NCBI GenBank assembly: GCA_050013255.1
Contig: JBEKFP010000002.1
Span: 1-64,000 of the forward strand
Direction of reading: 5' to 3'
DNA length: 64,000 nucleotides
Source: Candidatus Bathyarchaeia archaeon
Lineage (GTDB): Archaea; Thermoproteota; Bathyarchaeia; 40CM-2-53-6
Within the stretch, counting starts at the first letter, position 1. Each line of letters begins with the position of its first letter. Positions 20,008 to 29,302 of this stretch are shown piece after piece. The position numbers and the translations under genes are program-made. Under the pieces are notes generated by a model that had not been told where the DNA came from, made no database searches, and saw nothing but the letters and a program-made list of their open reading frames with translations.

Positions 20008-20721
20008 GTGTCCTGCATGGAGTCAGTTAAGCCGCCCGTGCCTGTTCAAGTTGCTGACATGCAGGCTTTCTCGCGGCTCGCACTAGGGTTAACGGAAGGT
20101 TCGCAAATCCTCTGGTACTTCAAACACAAAGGAAAACATGTCTTAGGACTGTTCACAGCATACATGTACTGGGAAGGCGACCTCCCAATGTTGGCCTACG
20201 CCTATTCGGATACCCCGCCGAAGGCGTTCTTGGCCTACAGAAGTGACTCAGTGAAAGGTGAAGAGTGGATGTTCACCGACGATGTAGATGATACTCGTTT
20301 CAGGTACGCTTCCTTCGTTAATTTGAAGACTGTTCCAGAAGCCTTCGCGCAGAGCCTGGACGGCAAATCACCCGAATTGACTCCGCCAATGCTCGCCGAA
20401 GTCGACGACATCAAGTCAATCGCAAGAATCCTGCTCCCCCTATCGCTCCGGGAGGGAACACTATTTCCGCTGTGGCACTTCATGCGGGGAAAGAAGCATA
20501 TTATCGGTACATGTATTCCCTTCGAACATTACTACGAAGCAGACGCCCTGCCCGTCTTCTTTTACGTCTCCCAAGATGAAGCACCTGAAAAAAGTTTCAT
20601 AAAGTACATCGCGGTCAAACCAAACGGCGAGAAAGTTGAATACTCAAACAACACAAGCGACGCCAAATACTTCTACGCAAAACTCGTCGACGTGAAGGAC
20701 ATGCCGATTTTTCCCAAGTGA
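20008..20721 (+). CDS. Hypothetical protein built from two tandem ~110-aa homologous domains
   Basis: Internal repeats LWYF..KGKHVLG / LWHF..GKKHIIG, YWEGDLP / YYEADALP, KGEE / NGEK. Confidence 0.8.
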   Translation: MSCMESVKPPVPVQVADMQAFSRLALGLTEGSQILWYFKHKGKHVLGLFTAYMYWEGDLPMLAYAYSDTPPKAFLAYRSDSVKGEEWMFTDDVDDTRFRYASFVNLKTVPEAFAQSLDGKSPELTPPMLAEVDDIKSIARILLPLSLREGTLFPLWHFMRGKKHIIGTCIPFEHYYEADALPVFFYVSQDEAPEKSFIKYIAVKPNGEKVEYSNNTSDAKYFYAKLVDVKDMPIFPK

Positions 20722-20778
20722 CTGCGAGTTTCATGGATTTTATTAGCCCCTCCGCTCACTTTCCATGGAGGTAGCTGG

Positions 20779-21528
20779 GTGTCTTTTAACGAGAAGATAC
20801 GGAAAACTGCTGAAGCGAACAGGAGCAGAACAGTTCTCGCATTAGATTTGGAAGAACGCGACCCAAAGCAGCTAGCGATGAAAAGTGAGAAGCTTCTTCA
20901 GAAGGTCGGCAAGCACATCTGCGCTGTGAAGATTAACCGTCAACTGGCAATGTCATTAGGCATGCGGGGTGGGATTGACAGGGTCGTCGATTTAGCACAT
21001 GACCTCGCTCTGCCTGCCATAATGGATGCGAAGCTAAACGACGTCGGCCACACGAACGAATTCATGGCGCGGTCATTCTTCGACATAGGTTTCGACGCTA
21101 TCATAGCGAGCCCCGTTGCTGGATGGGAAAACGGGTTAGACACAGTGTTCGCTCAGGCTAATTCACGCGGAAGGGCAGTTATACTTCTAGTCTACATGAG
21201 TAATCCAGGCGCCGAGGCCTTCTACTCAATGCTTGTGGTGCAGGGGCGAGAAGCACCAAAGCCGGTTTTCGAACTTCTGGCAGGGATGGCGATCCAATGG
21301 AAGGCACAAGGCGTTGTAGTCGGAGCTACCAAGCCTGACATAATTTCGCGAGTCCGTGAACTGGTTGGGCCAGGAATGGGGATTTACAGCCCGGGCGTCG
21401 GTGCCCAGGGAGGCGATCCTAGAAAGGCGTTGGATGCCGGTTCAACTTACCTTATAGTAGGACGAGCGATTTACGGGGCTCCGGAACCTGAAAAGGCGGC
21501 TATGGAGTTCCAAGGCTTAGTCTCGTAA
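20779..21528 (+). CDS. pyrF: Orotidine-5'-phosphate decarboxylase
   Basis: LALD, DAKLNDVGHT, SPGVGAQGG, IVGRAIY. Confidence 0.95.
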   Translation: MSFNEKIRKTAEANRSRTVLALDLEERDPKQLAMKSEKLLQKVGKHICAVKINRQLAMSLGMRGGIDRVVDLAHDLALPAIMDAKLNDVGHTNEFMARSFFDIGFDAIIASPVAGWENGLDTVFAQANSRGRAVILLVYMSNPGAEAFYSMLVVQGREAPKPVFELLAGMAIQWKAQGVVVGATKPDIISRVRELVGPGMGIYSPGVGAQGGDPRKALDAGSTYLIVGRAIYGAPEPEKAAMEFQGLVS

Positions 21529-21713
21529 TCCATCCTAGCTTGTCGCCTATATGCTTCAGCGCCGTGCCACAGCGAACCAAATGCCAAATCTGTGCATGAG
21601 GCCGGTATGGATTTCAAGCCCCTTCTCTAACCACCGTCTTACTTGGAATGTGTCAACTCCAAGACCAAGACTTTTATTTACCTACAATTGTAGCCGACTA
21701 CTAGTGTTTTCTC

Positions 21714-22046
21714 ATGGGTGGGGCAAAAAAGAAGAACCTAGCGCAGATGGAGAAACAACAGGTTCAGCAGGACTCCGGCAAGAAACCTGAACCAGCAAAG
21801 AAATCAAAAGGAAAGACAGGGGCAGAGAAGAAGACCGCAGGAATAAATCTTCCAAATTTCGACGACCCTAAATTCACCGGTGAACTTTCAAAGATGACAG
21901 CCCTCACTCCCTACGCAATTGCCACGCAGTTCAACGTAAGACTTAGCGTTGCGAGGGACATCCTCGAGGAACTGGAGAGGCGCCGCCTAGTCAAATCGGT
22001 TGGCGGCAACGCGAGGATCAAAATCTACAAGCTAGCAGCAGCCTAG
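21714..22046 (+). CDS. rps25e: 30S ribosomal protein S25e
   Basis: MGGAKKK N-terminus; TPYAIA...LSVAR..LEELE winged helix. Confidence 0.9.
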   Translation: MGGAKKKNLAQMEKQQVQQDSGKKPEPAKKSKGKTGAEKKTAGINLPNFDDPKFTGELSKMTALTPYAIATQFNVRLSVARDILEELERRRLVKSVGGNARIKIYKLAAA

Positions 22047-22462
22047 ACTTTCTCAACGCGTACTTTTGTACCACTCTTCAGCTTCGCAAATAACTCCAAG
22101 TTACTAGTTATCTTTCCAACTAAATTGACGGGGCTGTAAGGCTGTGTTGCGCCGTAGAAGACGCACAAAGCTGAACCCATAGGCCAGTATGCAATAGTCC
22201 CAACGTCAACCTTGCTCTTTGCCTTCTCAACGCCTAGCCTCACAGGGGTTTCGAAATAGATTTCTTCCTTCCATCTTGCCGCGCGTCCTTCAAAAGGTAA
22301 AGCCTTCGCCAAATTATCAACAGTCATTGGACTCTGAAAACGAATTAATTCACCTTCGGCTTCCCCGAAACCTTCTGCAACCAATCTAACCTTGTAACGG
22401 CTTACGTCGCTTTCCTGCGGTTTAGCAGTCAGTTCAGTAGGCGGTAACGAACTGGTCGACAT
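22043..22462 (-). CDS. Cyclophilin-like fold protein (DUF369-like)
   Basis: WKEEIYF, GTIAYWPMGSALCVFYG, PVNLVG. Confidence 0.85.
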   Translation of the reverse strand: MSTSSLPPTELTAKPQESDVSRYKVRLVAEGFGEAEGELIRFQSPMTVDNLAKALPFEGRAARWKEEIYFETPVRLGVEKAKSKVDVGTIAYWPMGSALCVFYGATQPYSPVNLVGKITSNLELFAKLKSGTKVRVEKV

Positions 22463-22633
22463 GAATTTTTTCCTCTACGAAATCACTGGTCGTCGGAGAA
22501 TCGCATTTGGGCTTGCCTTCTTAAAAATTGGACGTGCCACAGCCCCGTTATGCCAAAAGACCTCGAAATGTATAGTTTTCTGACAAAAAGGATAACTACC
22601 ACCATTTTCTAGCCGCCCGAGAGGCATCGTGAC

Positions 22634-23974
22634 TTGAGCGGTCGTATTCGAACAATAATAATGGGCGCCGCTGGAAGAGACTTCCACAATTTCAACGTGT
22701 ATTTCAGGAACAACCCAGACTACGAAGTTGTCGCCTTTACTGCCACACAGATTCCGGGAATCGAGGGACGCACATACCCAACCGATCTTTCTGGGAAAAT
22801 GTATCCGAACGGCATCCCAATTTTCCCGGAAGATGATCTGTCCAAGCTCATTAAAGAGAAGAACATCGACTTGGTCGTATTGGCTTACAGTGACCTCTCG
22901 TACGACGAAGTTATGCACAAAGCCTCCCAAGTCCTTGCATGCGGTGCAGATTTCAGGTTAATGGGACCCAAAACGACGATGCTCAAGTCAAGGTTGCCAG
23001 TGATCTCTGTCTGCGCGGTAAGAACCGGCGCTGGCAAGAGTACGGTCTCGCGCTCTGTTTCCAAATCCCTAAAGAAAATCGCGGGCAGAGTTGTCGTCAT
23101 TCGACATCCAATGCCATACGGAACTCTCTCGAAGGAGGTTTGCGAACGTTTCGCGACATACGACGACATGAAACGCTATGAGTGCACTATTGAAGAGCGT
23201 GAGGAATACGAACCTCACATCGACATTGGCAACGTTGTATATGCAGGCGTTGACTACGAGAAGATTTTGCGTGAGGCTGAGAAGGAGGCAGATGTGATAC
23301 TATGGGACGGCGGAAACAACGACCTGCCTTTCTACTATCCGGACCTTCAGATCGTGGTTGTCGACCCGCAACGCCCCGGGGATGAAGTTCGATATTACCC
23401 TGGGGAGGCTAACCTAAGAATGGCCGACGTTGTCCTCATAAACAAAGTCGACTCTTCAACACCCGAAGCCATAGAGACTGTTCGGAAGAACGTGAAACGC
23501 GTGAGGCCTGAGGCGAAGGTTGTCGAAGCAGCCTCTGAAATTCAAGTTGACGACATCGCACACATACGCGGTAAGAGGGTGGTTGCAATTGAGGACGGGC
23601 CAACAGTTACCCATGGCGGATTAAAGGAAGGAGTCGGTGCCCTGGCAGCAAGGAAATATGGTGCAAAGGAACTTATCGACCCCAGACCATTCGCCGTAGG
23701 GTCTATCAAGCGAATCTACGAGAAGTACCCTCACCTCGGCCAAGTATTGCCAGCCATGGGATACGGTGAGAAACAGATCAAAGAACTGGAACAAACAATC
23801 GCAGCGATCGATTGCGATTCACTCATCTACGGGACCCCGATTGATTTGAAGAGAATTATGAATATACCGAAACCTGCAGTTAGAGTCCGGTACGAGATTC
23901 GCGAAACTACGAAGCCGACACTGGAGGAAATCCTCAGTTCAATGCCCATTTTGGTAACGGCAAAGTCACGTTAG
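22634..23974 (+). CDS. COG2403 P-loop protein (cyclic 2,3-diphosphoglycerate synthetase-like; possible arginine synthetase)
   Basis: GAAGRDFHNFN, AVRTGAGKST, RHPMPYG, WDGGNND, EDGPTVTHGG. Confidence 0.85.
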   Translation: MSGRIRTIIMGAAGRDFHNFNVYFRNNPDYEVVAFTATQIPGIEGRTYPTDLSGKMYPNGIPIFPEDDLSKLIKEKNIDLVVLAYSDLSYDEVMHKASQVLACGADFRLMGPKTTMLKSRLPVISVCAVRTGAGKSTVSRSVSKSLKKIAGRVVVIRHPMPYGTLSKEVCERFATYDDMKRYECTIEEREEYEPHIDIGNVVYAGVDYEKILREAEKEADVILWDGGNNDLPFYYPDLQIVVVDPQRPGDEVRYYPGEANLRMADVVLINKVDSSTPEAIETVRKNVKRVRPEAKVVEAASEIQVDDIAHIRGKRVVAIEDGPTVTHGGLKEGVGALAARKYGAKELIDPRPFAVGSIKRIYEKYPHLGQVLPAMGYGEKQIKELEQTIAAIDCDSLIYGTPIDLKRIMNIPKPAVRVRYEIRETTKPTLEEILSSMPILVTAKSR

Positions 23975-25129
23975 AACTCGCTTCACCGTATCGAAGATAT
24001 AATTCAACTCGGCCTCGGTGAGCCTCGGGTGCACGGGCACTGAAAAGACCTGCCTACAAGCTTTCTCAGTCTCAGGAAGAGGTCGGCGTGACGTCGTGCG
24101 CTCACGGTATAGCGGGAGCAGGTGCAAAGGAGATTCATAATACACCGCAGCCTCGATGTTCCTTGACCGAAGCTTTTCGATGACCTTATTGCGCTTCCCC
24201 GCATTCGCGCCATGCAACCTAAGCGTGTAAAGATACCAAGCACTCTTCCTGCCCTCCGGCTCCTTAGGCGGCAATACCTTACCAAGAACTCCAAGCTTCT
24301 CTCCTAGAAATTCCGCGTTCTTTCTTCTTTTCTCCAAGAAAGAAGGCAGCTTCTTCAATTGGGCGGTCCCCACGGCGGCAAGTAATTCCGTCATCCTGTA
24401 ATTGTTTCCGACCATCACCGGCCAGTACGGGCGTTCTTCCCCGTGAGACCTAATCATCCGTAATCTCTCAGAGTAATCATCATCATTAGTAGTGACCATG
24501 CCGCCCTCGCCCGTGGTCATGTTCTTCCCTGCGTACATGCTGAAACATGTCATGTCACCGATGGATCCAATCTTGGACCCATTGTATTCAGCGCCGTGGG
24601 CTTGCGCAGCATCCTCAATCAATGTTACTCCCCGATCTCTGGCCAGTTTCTTCAGTGGGTCCAAGTCCGCCGGCAACCCGTATAGATGAACCGGCATGAT
24701 GACTTTCGTATTCCGCGTCATCACGGCCTCGACCGTCTCGGCAGTTATTGTATAAGTGTCAGGATCAATGTCGGCGAAAATTGGTTCACCCCCCGCCATC
24801 AGGACAACCTCCGCGGTTGCATGAAACGTAAAGGATGGAAGAATCACTTCGTCCCCTGGCTTAACGCCAGCGATGACGACGGCGGAGTGAAGGGCAGCAG
24901 TACCGGTGTTCAAAGCCACGGCGTGCTTGGCCCCGACATAATGGGCGAATTCTTTCTCGAATTCTAAGACCCGAGGGCCCATTCCACTCTTCTCAGTCAG
25001 AATGCCGCTCTTCAAAACCTCTGTCGCTGCGTCAATCTCCTCCTTACCGATGCTTGGTTGGTTTATTCGAATTAGGTCGCGCATAATGATCGTCTCGAGG
25101 TCGGGTTCGGTGTCTACTGGAGCGTTCAC
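23966..25129 (-). CDS. DegT/DnrJ/EryC1/StrS PLP-dependent aminotransferase
   Basis: NTGTAALH, PVHLYG, EDAAQAHG, FSMYAGKNMTTGEGG. Confidence 0.93.
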   Translation of the reverse strand: MNAPVDTEPDLETIIMRDLIRINQPSIGKEEIDAATEVLKSGILTEKSGMGPRVLEFEKEFAHYVGAKHAVALNTGTAALHSAVVIAGVKPGDEVILPSFTFHATAEVVLMAGGEPIFADIDPDTYTITAETVEAVMTRNTKVIMPVHLYGLPADLDPLKKLARDRGVTLIEDAAQAHGAEYNGSKIGSIGDMTCFSMYAGKNMTTGEGGMVTTNDDDYSERLRMIRSHGEERPYWPVMVGNNYRMTELLAAVGTAQLKKLPSFLEKRRKNAEFLGEKLGVLGKVLPPKEPEGRKSAWYLYTLRLHGANAGKRNKVIEKLRSRNIEAAVYYESPLHLLPLYRERTTSRRPLPETEKACRQVFSVPVHPRLTEAELNYIFDTVKRVLT

Positions 25130-25199
25130 CTAAAGGTATTGCTGGGGATGGAACGAATTCAGGGGCCGATATGGAAAAGGTTTCGGTTTCCGCTGAACG

Positions 25200-25448
25200 T
25201 TAGGGACATAAACCTTCAACTGAGAATTGCTGAGATGCCAATCCCGAAATAATGCCGCAGGCCACCGCTTGCAAGGTTATTGGATCTTTGGTAACTACGG
25301 CTAACCAGATTTGATACATCGGGAGAGCATCAGGCTTGTGGGCATCAACGTTCAAGGTGAGACCGAATGGTTGACCGTCAAAGGAACTGCAATGGGCGGT
25401 TAGTTCGCCAAATGATGAGTTGAGCGAGCCAGTTTCTAAGCTATGCAT
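25200..25448 (-). CDS. Hypothetical protein
   Basis: Only ORF filling a ~460-bp gap; no motif recognised. Confidence 0.3.
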   Translation of the reverse strand: MHSLETGSLNSSFGELTAHCSSFDGQPFGLTLNVDAHKPDALPMYQIWLAVVTKDPITLQAVACGIISGLASQQFSVEGLCP

Positions 25449-25592
25449 ACGAAAAATCGAGTACCAAACGAGAGGTAACAGCCCTGAAAATTGAGCCTAC
25501 CAAACGGCAAGGTACCAGCACCAGCCAACAATAACCTTATATGAAATTGCTTTTTGTTGGAGAGTGGTTCAGGTTAGCGGAGGCTTTGAGGT

Positions 25593-27236
25593 TTGTCGGC
25601 GATTATCGGTGGGCAGCGGGCCCAAATACTCAAGGAAGGGACTTCTAGCACCCAGGGGCGCGAAGCTCAACACGCCGATATTATGGCTGCTATGGTCATC
25701 GCAGAGTCGATCCGTTCTTCTCTTGGCCCAAAAGGCATGGATAAGATGCTCGTCGATGGTTTCGGTGACGTCACTATCAGCAATGACGGTGCAACGATTC
25801 TCGACGAGATGGATGTGCAACACCCCGCAGCAAAAATGATGGTGGAAGTCGCCAAAACACAAGATGACGAAGTAGGAGACGGAACCACCACTGCGGTCGT
25901 CTTAGCTGCTGAACTACTTTCGAAGGCACAGGTCTTAATGGACAAGGATGTCCATCCAACGGTAATTGTTGACGGCTACCAGATAGCGAGCGAGAAGGCG
26001 CTCGAGTTCATGCGCAAAATCGCAACTAAGGTCAATCCGACCGACAAAGTGATGTTAAAGAAAATCGCGAAAGTCGCCCTCGCCTCAAAGTTAGTGGCAG
26101 AGCACAAGGACTTCGTTGCGGACCTTGCCGTTAAGGCCGTTCTTCATGTAGCTGAGAAGGCGGGAACCAATTACAAGGTTGATCTTGACGACATCAAGGT
26201 CGAAAAGAAACCAGGGGGATCCTTGACCGATACAGCGCTCATCCAAGGTGTAGTGCTCGACAAAGAGGTTGTTCACCCCGGAATGCCGCGCCGAGTTGAG
26301 AATGCAAGAATTGCGCTCTTGAATTGTCCGTTCGAAGTAGAGAAAACTGAGTTCGACGCGAAACTAAACGTCAAGACTCCAGATCAAATGAAAGGTTTCC
26401 TTGACGAGGAAGAGAAGATTCTGCGGGGGATGGTGGAAACTGTGGTGTCCAGCGGGGCGAACGTGGTCATTTGCGAGAAGGGTATCGATGATATGGCGCA
26501 GCACTTCATGGCCAAGAAGAATGTGTTGGCCGTTAGGCGTGTGAAAGAATCTGACATGGAAAAGCTCGCTAAGGCCACAGGTGCGACTATCCTCACGCAA
26601 CTCGAAGACTTGAAGGCGTCTGACTTAGGGCGGGCAAACCTAGTAGAAGAACGTAAGGTTTCAGACGATAAGATGACGTTTGTCGAAGGATGCAAGAACC
26701 CGAAGGCAGTTAGCATCCTCGTTCGAGGAGGGACCGAGAGGGTTGTGGATGAAGCGGAGCGCGCGATTCACGATGCGTTATGCGTTGTCCGCGATGTTGT
26801 GCTGGAACCCCAGGTTGTCGCCGGTGGCGGAGCTCCCGAAGCCGAAGTAGCACGAATGCTTAGGAGCTATGCTCAGAGATTGTCGGGGAAGGAGCAGCTG
26901 GCGGTTCAGGCCTACGCTGATGGATTAGAGATTATTCCATTGACCCTAGCCGAAAACGCTGGGATGGACCCGATTAATTCCCTAATGGAAGTTAGGTCGA
27001 AACATCAATCCAAATTAAAATCGGTTGGGATCGACCCGTTCAAGGGGAAGGTCTCAGACCTTGCAAAACTCGAAGTTTATGAGCCCCTATCCGTTAAGGT
27101 GCAGGCTCTGAAATCCGCTGGCGAAGCCGCCGCCATGATTCTGAGGATTGACGACATCATAGCGGCGTCAAAGTCAAAGGAAGCGCCCAAGGGGCCAGAA
27201 AAAAGTGCCAAAGAAGAAGGAGAAGGCGAGTCCTAG
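25593..27236 (+). CDS. ths: Thermosome (group II chaperonin) subunit
   Basis: [34 protein letters not shown]. Confidence 0.97.
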   Translation: MSAIIGGQRAQILKEGTSSTQGREAQHADIMAAMVIAESIRSSLGPKGMDKMLVDGFGDVTISNDGATILDEMDVQHPAAKMMVEVAKTQDDEVGDGTTTAVVLAAELLSKAQVLMDKDVHPTVIVDGYQIASEKALEFMRKIATKVNPTDKVMLKKIAKVALASKLVAEHKDFVADLAVKAVLHVAEKAGTNYKVDLDDIKVEKKPGGSLTDTALIQGVVLDKEVVHPGMPRRVENARIALLNCPFEVEKTEFDAKLNVKTPDQMKGFLDEEEKILRGMVETVVSSGANVVICEKGIDDMAQHFMAKKNVLAVRRVKESDMEKLAKATGATILTQLEDLKASDLGRANLVEERKVSDDKMTFVEGCKNPKAVSILVRGGTERVVDEAERAIHDALCVVRDVVLEPQVVAGGGAPEAEVARMLRSYAQRLSGKEQLAVQAYADGLEIIPLTLAENAGMDPINSLMEVRSKHQSKLKSVGIDPFKGKVSDLAKLEVYEPLSVKVQALKSAGEAAAMILRIDDIIAASKSKEAPKGPEKSAKEEGEGES

Positions 27237-27504
27237 GAAAACGATTCAGCTCATCGGTCCGAAGAAACTAACGCGTTTTGAACGCGCTCGGATCGTGGGT
27301 GCGAGAGCTCTACAAATATCCATGGGTGCGCCTGTACTCTTGGATGTACCCGAATCGATTAAGTCGCCGATAGAACTTGCCGAACTTGAACTCCAAGAAG
27401 GAGCACTTCCTATTAGCATTCGACGAGCCCTGCCAGACGGAACCAGCCTGAACATCCCACTCAAGACACTCCTTGAAGGCGAGCGGGAAGAAGCGGAACT
27501 ATAG
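27205..27504 (+). CDS. rpoK: DNA-directed RNA polymerase subunit K (Rpo6)
   Basis: LTRFERARIVGARALQISMGAP. Confidence 0.95.
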   Translation: MPKKKEKASPRKTIQLIGPKKLTRFERARIVGARALQISMGAPVLLDVPESIKSPIELAELELQEGALPISIRRALPDGTSLNIPLKTLLEGEREEAEL

Positions 27505-27718
27505 TTTGGCAGAGTCGCCAAGTTCAACAGACGAAAGAAGACTTTGGCTCTTCGCTTTCCTAATTCTTTTGCTCGTCTCCGCATGGATGCTATCAATGCG
27601 CCTTTTGAACAATGCATTCTTGGCTTTGAATTTCGAAGTTTCGCTCATCTATTTGCCCACATTACTTGCGGGCCTAATTGCGTTCTACCTTTCCTTGAAA
27701 ACGAAACCTAGTCAGTAG
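27473..27718 (+). CDS. Small two-TM membrane protein (start uncertain)
   Basis: Two hydrophobic helices. Confidence 0.55.
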   Translation: MKASGKKRNYSLAESPSSTDERRLWLFAFLILLLVSAWMLSMRLLNNAFLALNFEVSLIYLPTLLAGLIAFYLSLKTKPSQ

Positions 27719-27968
27719 ATATGGCAGCGATATTCGTGTTGATTGTTAGTTTTGACAAGTGGGCCCAAAGAGCCGCCTCAACGATGCGGCTTCGGGTCGT
27801 GTGTTTGTAGTCCGCGGTTTTCTGTAGGGCTAGGTAATGTGTTGGGGAGAGGTGGAGTTGCATTCGGAACTTGCGGAGGAAGCCTGTGATTCGTTTGCGA
27901 TGCACCCACCCCCTATGCGTTGAAATGTAGCCTATTGGCGGGCGAGATGATGCCGTTTCGGCTTGCAT
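27708..27968 (-). CDS. Putative ribbon-helix-helix DNA-binding protein
   Basis: From ATG at 27968: RMQLHLSPTHYLALQKTADYKHTTRSRIVEAAL fits the RHH beta-alpha-alpha pattern. Confidence 0.5.
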   Translation of the reverse strand: MQAETASSRPPIGYISTHRGWVHRKRITGFLRKFRMQLHLSPTHYLALQKTADYKHTTRSRIVEAALWAHLSKLTINTNIAAISTD

Positions 27969-28017
27969 AATGGCTCCATTCCAATCCTGGCTGGATCCTC
28001 GCTTCCCTGAATGAGGC

Positions 28018-28386
28018 CTATGGTCCACGGCCGTACCCATATGTTGGGTGGGCCAAGATCGGTCCTGAGTAGAATGGCACAGTAAATCGGGGCGGGGAGT
28101 GTCGGGCAGAGCATATCGGGCAGTAGGCATTTCCAAAAATGTACCGTTTGCAGCTCAGGCAGATCGGTACTCCACACATGGCACAATTGGTCTGGCTCGG
28201 AAGCCAAGGGTGGCAAACGCAACCCCCAGACCGTCCAACGGGCTGGAGTAAATCCATCACTGTCTCCGTGCGTTCAGGGACATCATGGGCGGGGGGAACT
28301 ACGACTGACTGGCCGCATCTCAAACAGTAGTTGGCTATGTCTCTGTTTTCAGCTCCGCACACTGCGCACTTGACCAATCCGTTCAC
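28018..28386 (-). CDS. Zinc-ribbon plus B-box-like zinc-finger protein
   Basis: CAVC..CLRC, then CVCH..CAMC..CLSC..CPIC. Confidence 0.75.
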   Translation of the reverse strand: MNGLVKCAVCGAENRDIANYCLRCGQSVVVPPAHDVPERTETVMDLLQPVGRSGGCVCHPWLPSQTNCAMCGVPICLSCKRYIFGNAYCPICSARHSPPRFTVPFYSGPILAHPTYGYGRGP

Positions 28387-28486
28387 ACAACATGAACTGC
28401 GCGCGAGGAAGATAATATTACCTCAGTTTCTCCGCAGCTTGAAATTCTTATGAGGGCGGAGATCTCAACTTGCAGTCGAGGTCGAC

Positions 28487-28594
28487 ATGTCGCTGACCAG
28501 TTGTCCAAGATGCGGTGGCCCCCTTGAGTTTATCTCGGGCAGCAAGACAAGGTCGAAATGCGGGAATTGCGGTTTCTACGACGATTGTTGCTAG
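28487..28594 (+). CDS. 35-aa CPxCG zinc-finger microprotein (not in ORF track)
   Basis: MSLTSCPRCGGPLEFISGSKTRSKCGNCGFYDDCC*; GAGG upstream; stop abuts the next start codon. Confidence 0.75.
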   Translation: MSLTSCPRCGGPLEFISGSKTRSKCGNCGFYDDCC

Positions 28595-29239
28595 GTGAAT
28601 ATGATGCGGTACGAGGAAGTTCTAGATTATGTCCAACGACTGGTCGGGGAGGGCGACAGGATGCAAGAATGGGTCTATGCAAAGTCACAGGAACTAAGAA
28701 ACCTGGGAGTTTTCCCAATCGACCCCACAAGGGGACGTTTCTTGGAATTGCTGGCTAGGATGACAAGTCCTAACCGGGTCCTCGAGATTGGCTCAGGGGC
28801 CGGCTACAGTGCGCTCTGGTTCATGAAAGGCATGGGTGGAAAGGGGAGGTTGGATGCGATCGAAGTTAACCCAGAAGTTGTAGAAGTTCTGCTGGGTGTC
28901 ACGAAACAGGCAGGTTTGCAAGGACGCATTCGGATTTATCATGGGCCAGCCTTGGCGATGCTTCGCAAAATGAGTGGGCCTTACGACTTAGTCTTCATAG
29001 ACGCCGACAAGGACGAATACCCTACCTACTTGAGCCACGCTCTTAGACTAACCAAGGCGAGAAGCACTATCTTGGCGGATAATATGCTGTGGAGTGGCGC
29101 CACTATCCATGGTGATACGCGTAAGGAAGGTGTACGTGGAATAATGGAATACACAAAGCGCATCTTCGCTGACAAGAGATTATCCAGCATAATCATCCCA
29201 CTGGGAGACGGACTGGCGGTAAGCTATCGAATCAAATAG
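28595..29239 (+). CDS. SAM-dependent O-methyltransferase (YrrM/COMT-like)
   Basis: VLEIGSGAGYS, FIDADK, ADNMLW, PLGDG. Confidence 0.9.
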   Translation: MNMMRYEEVLDYVQRLVGEGDRMQEWVYAKSQELRNLGVFPIDPTRGRFLELLARMTSPNRVLEIGSGAGYSALWFMKGMGGKGRLDAIEVNPEVVEVLLGVTKQAGLQGRIRIYHGPALAMLRKMSGPYDLVFIDADKDEYPTYLSHALRLTKARSTILADNMLWSGATIHGDTRKEGVRGIMEYTKRIFADKRLSSIIIPLGDGLAVSYRIK

Positions 29240-29302
29240 TCCGCGAAGTTCTCCGATAAGCCCATAAACCCGACAGGGTTCGGAGCAGACGCGTTCACGT
29301 CG

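Noticed and set aside
21529-21713. Possible small gene or RNA between pyrF and rps25e
   Set aside because: Translations in the frames checked show no motif, and no convincing C/D boxes or structure were seen.
27720-28017. Possible SRP or RNase P RNA in this GT-rich gap
   Set aside because: Conserved SRP helix-8 and RNase P P4 motifs are absent; a minus-strand RHH-like ORF explains it better.
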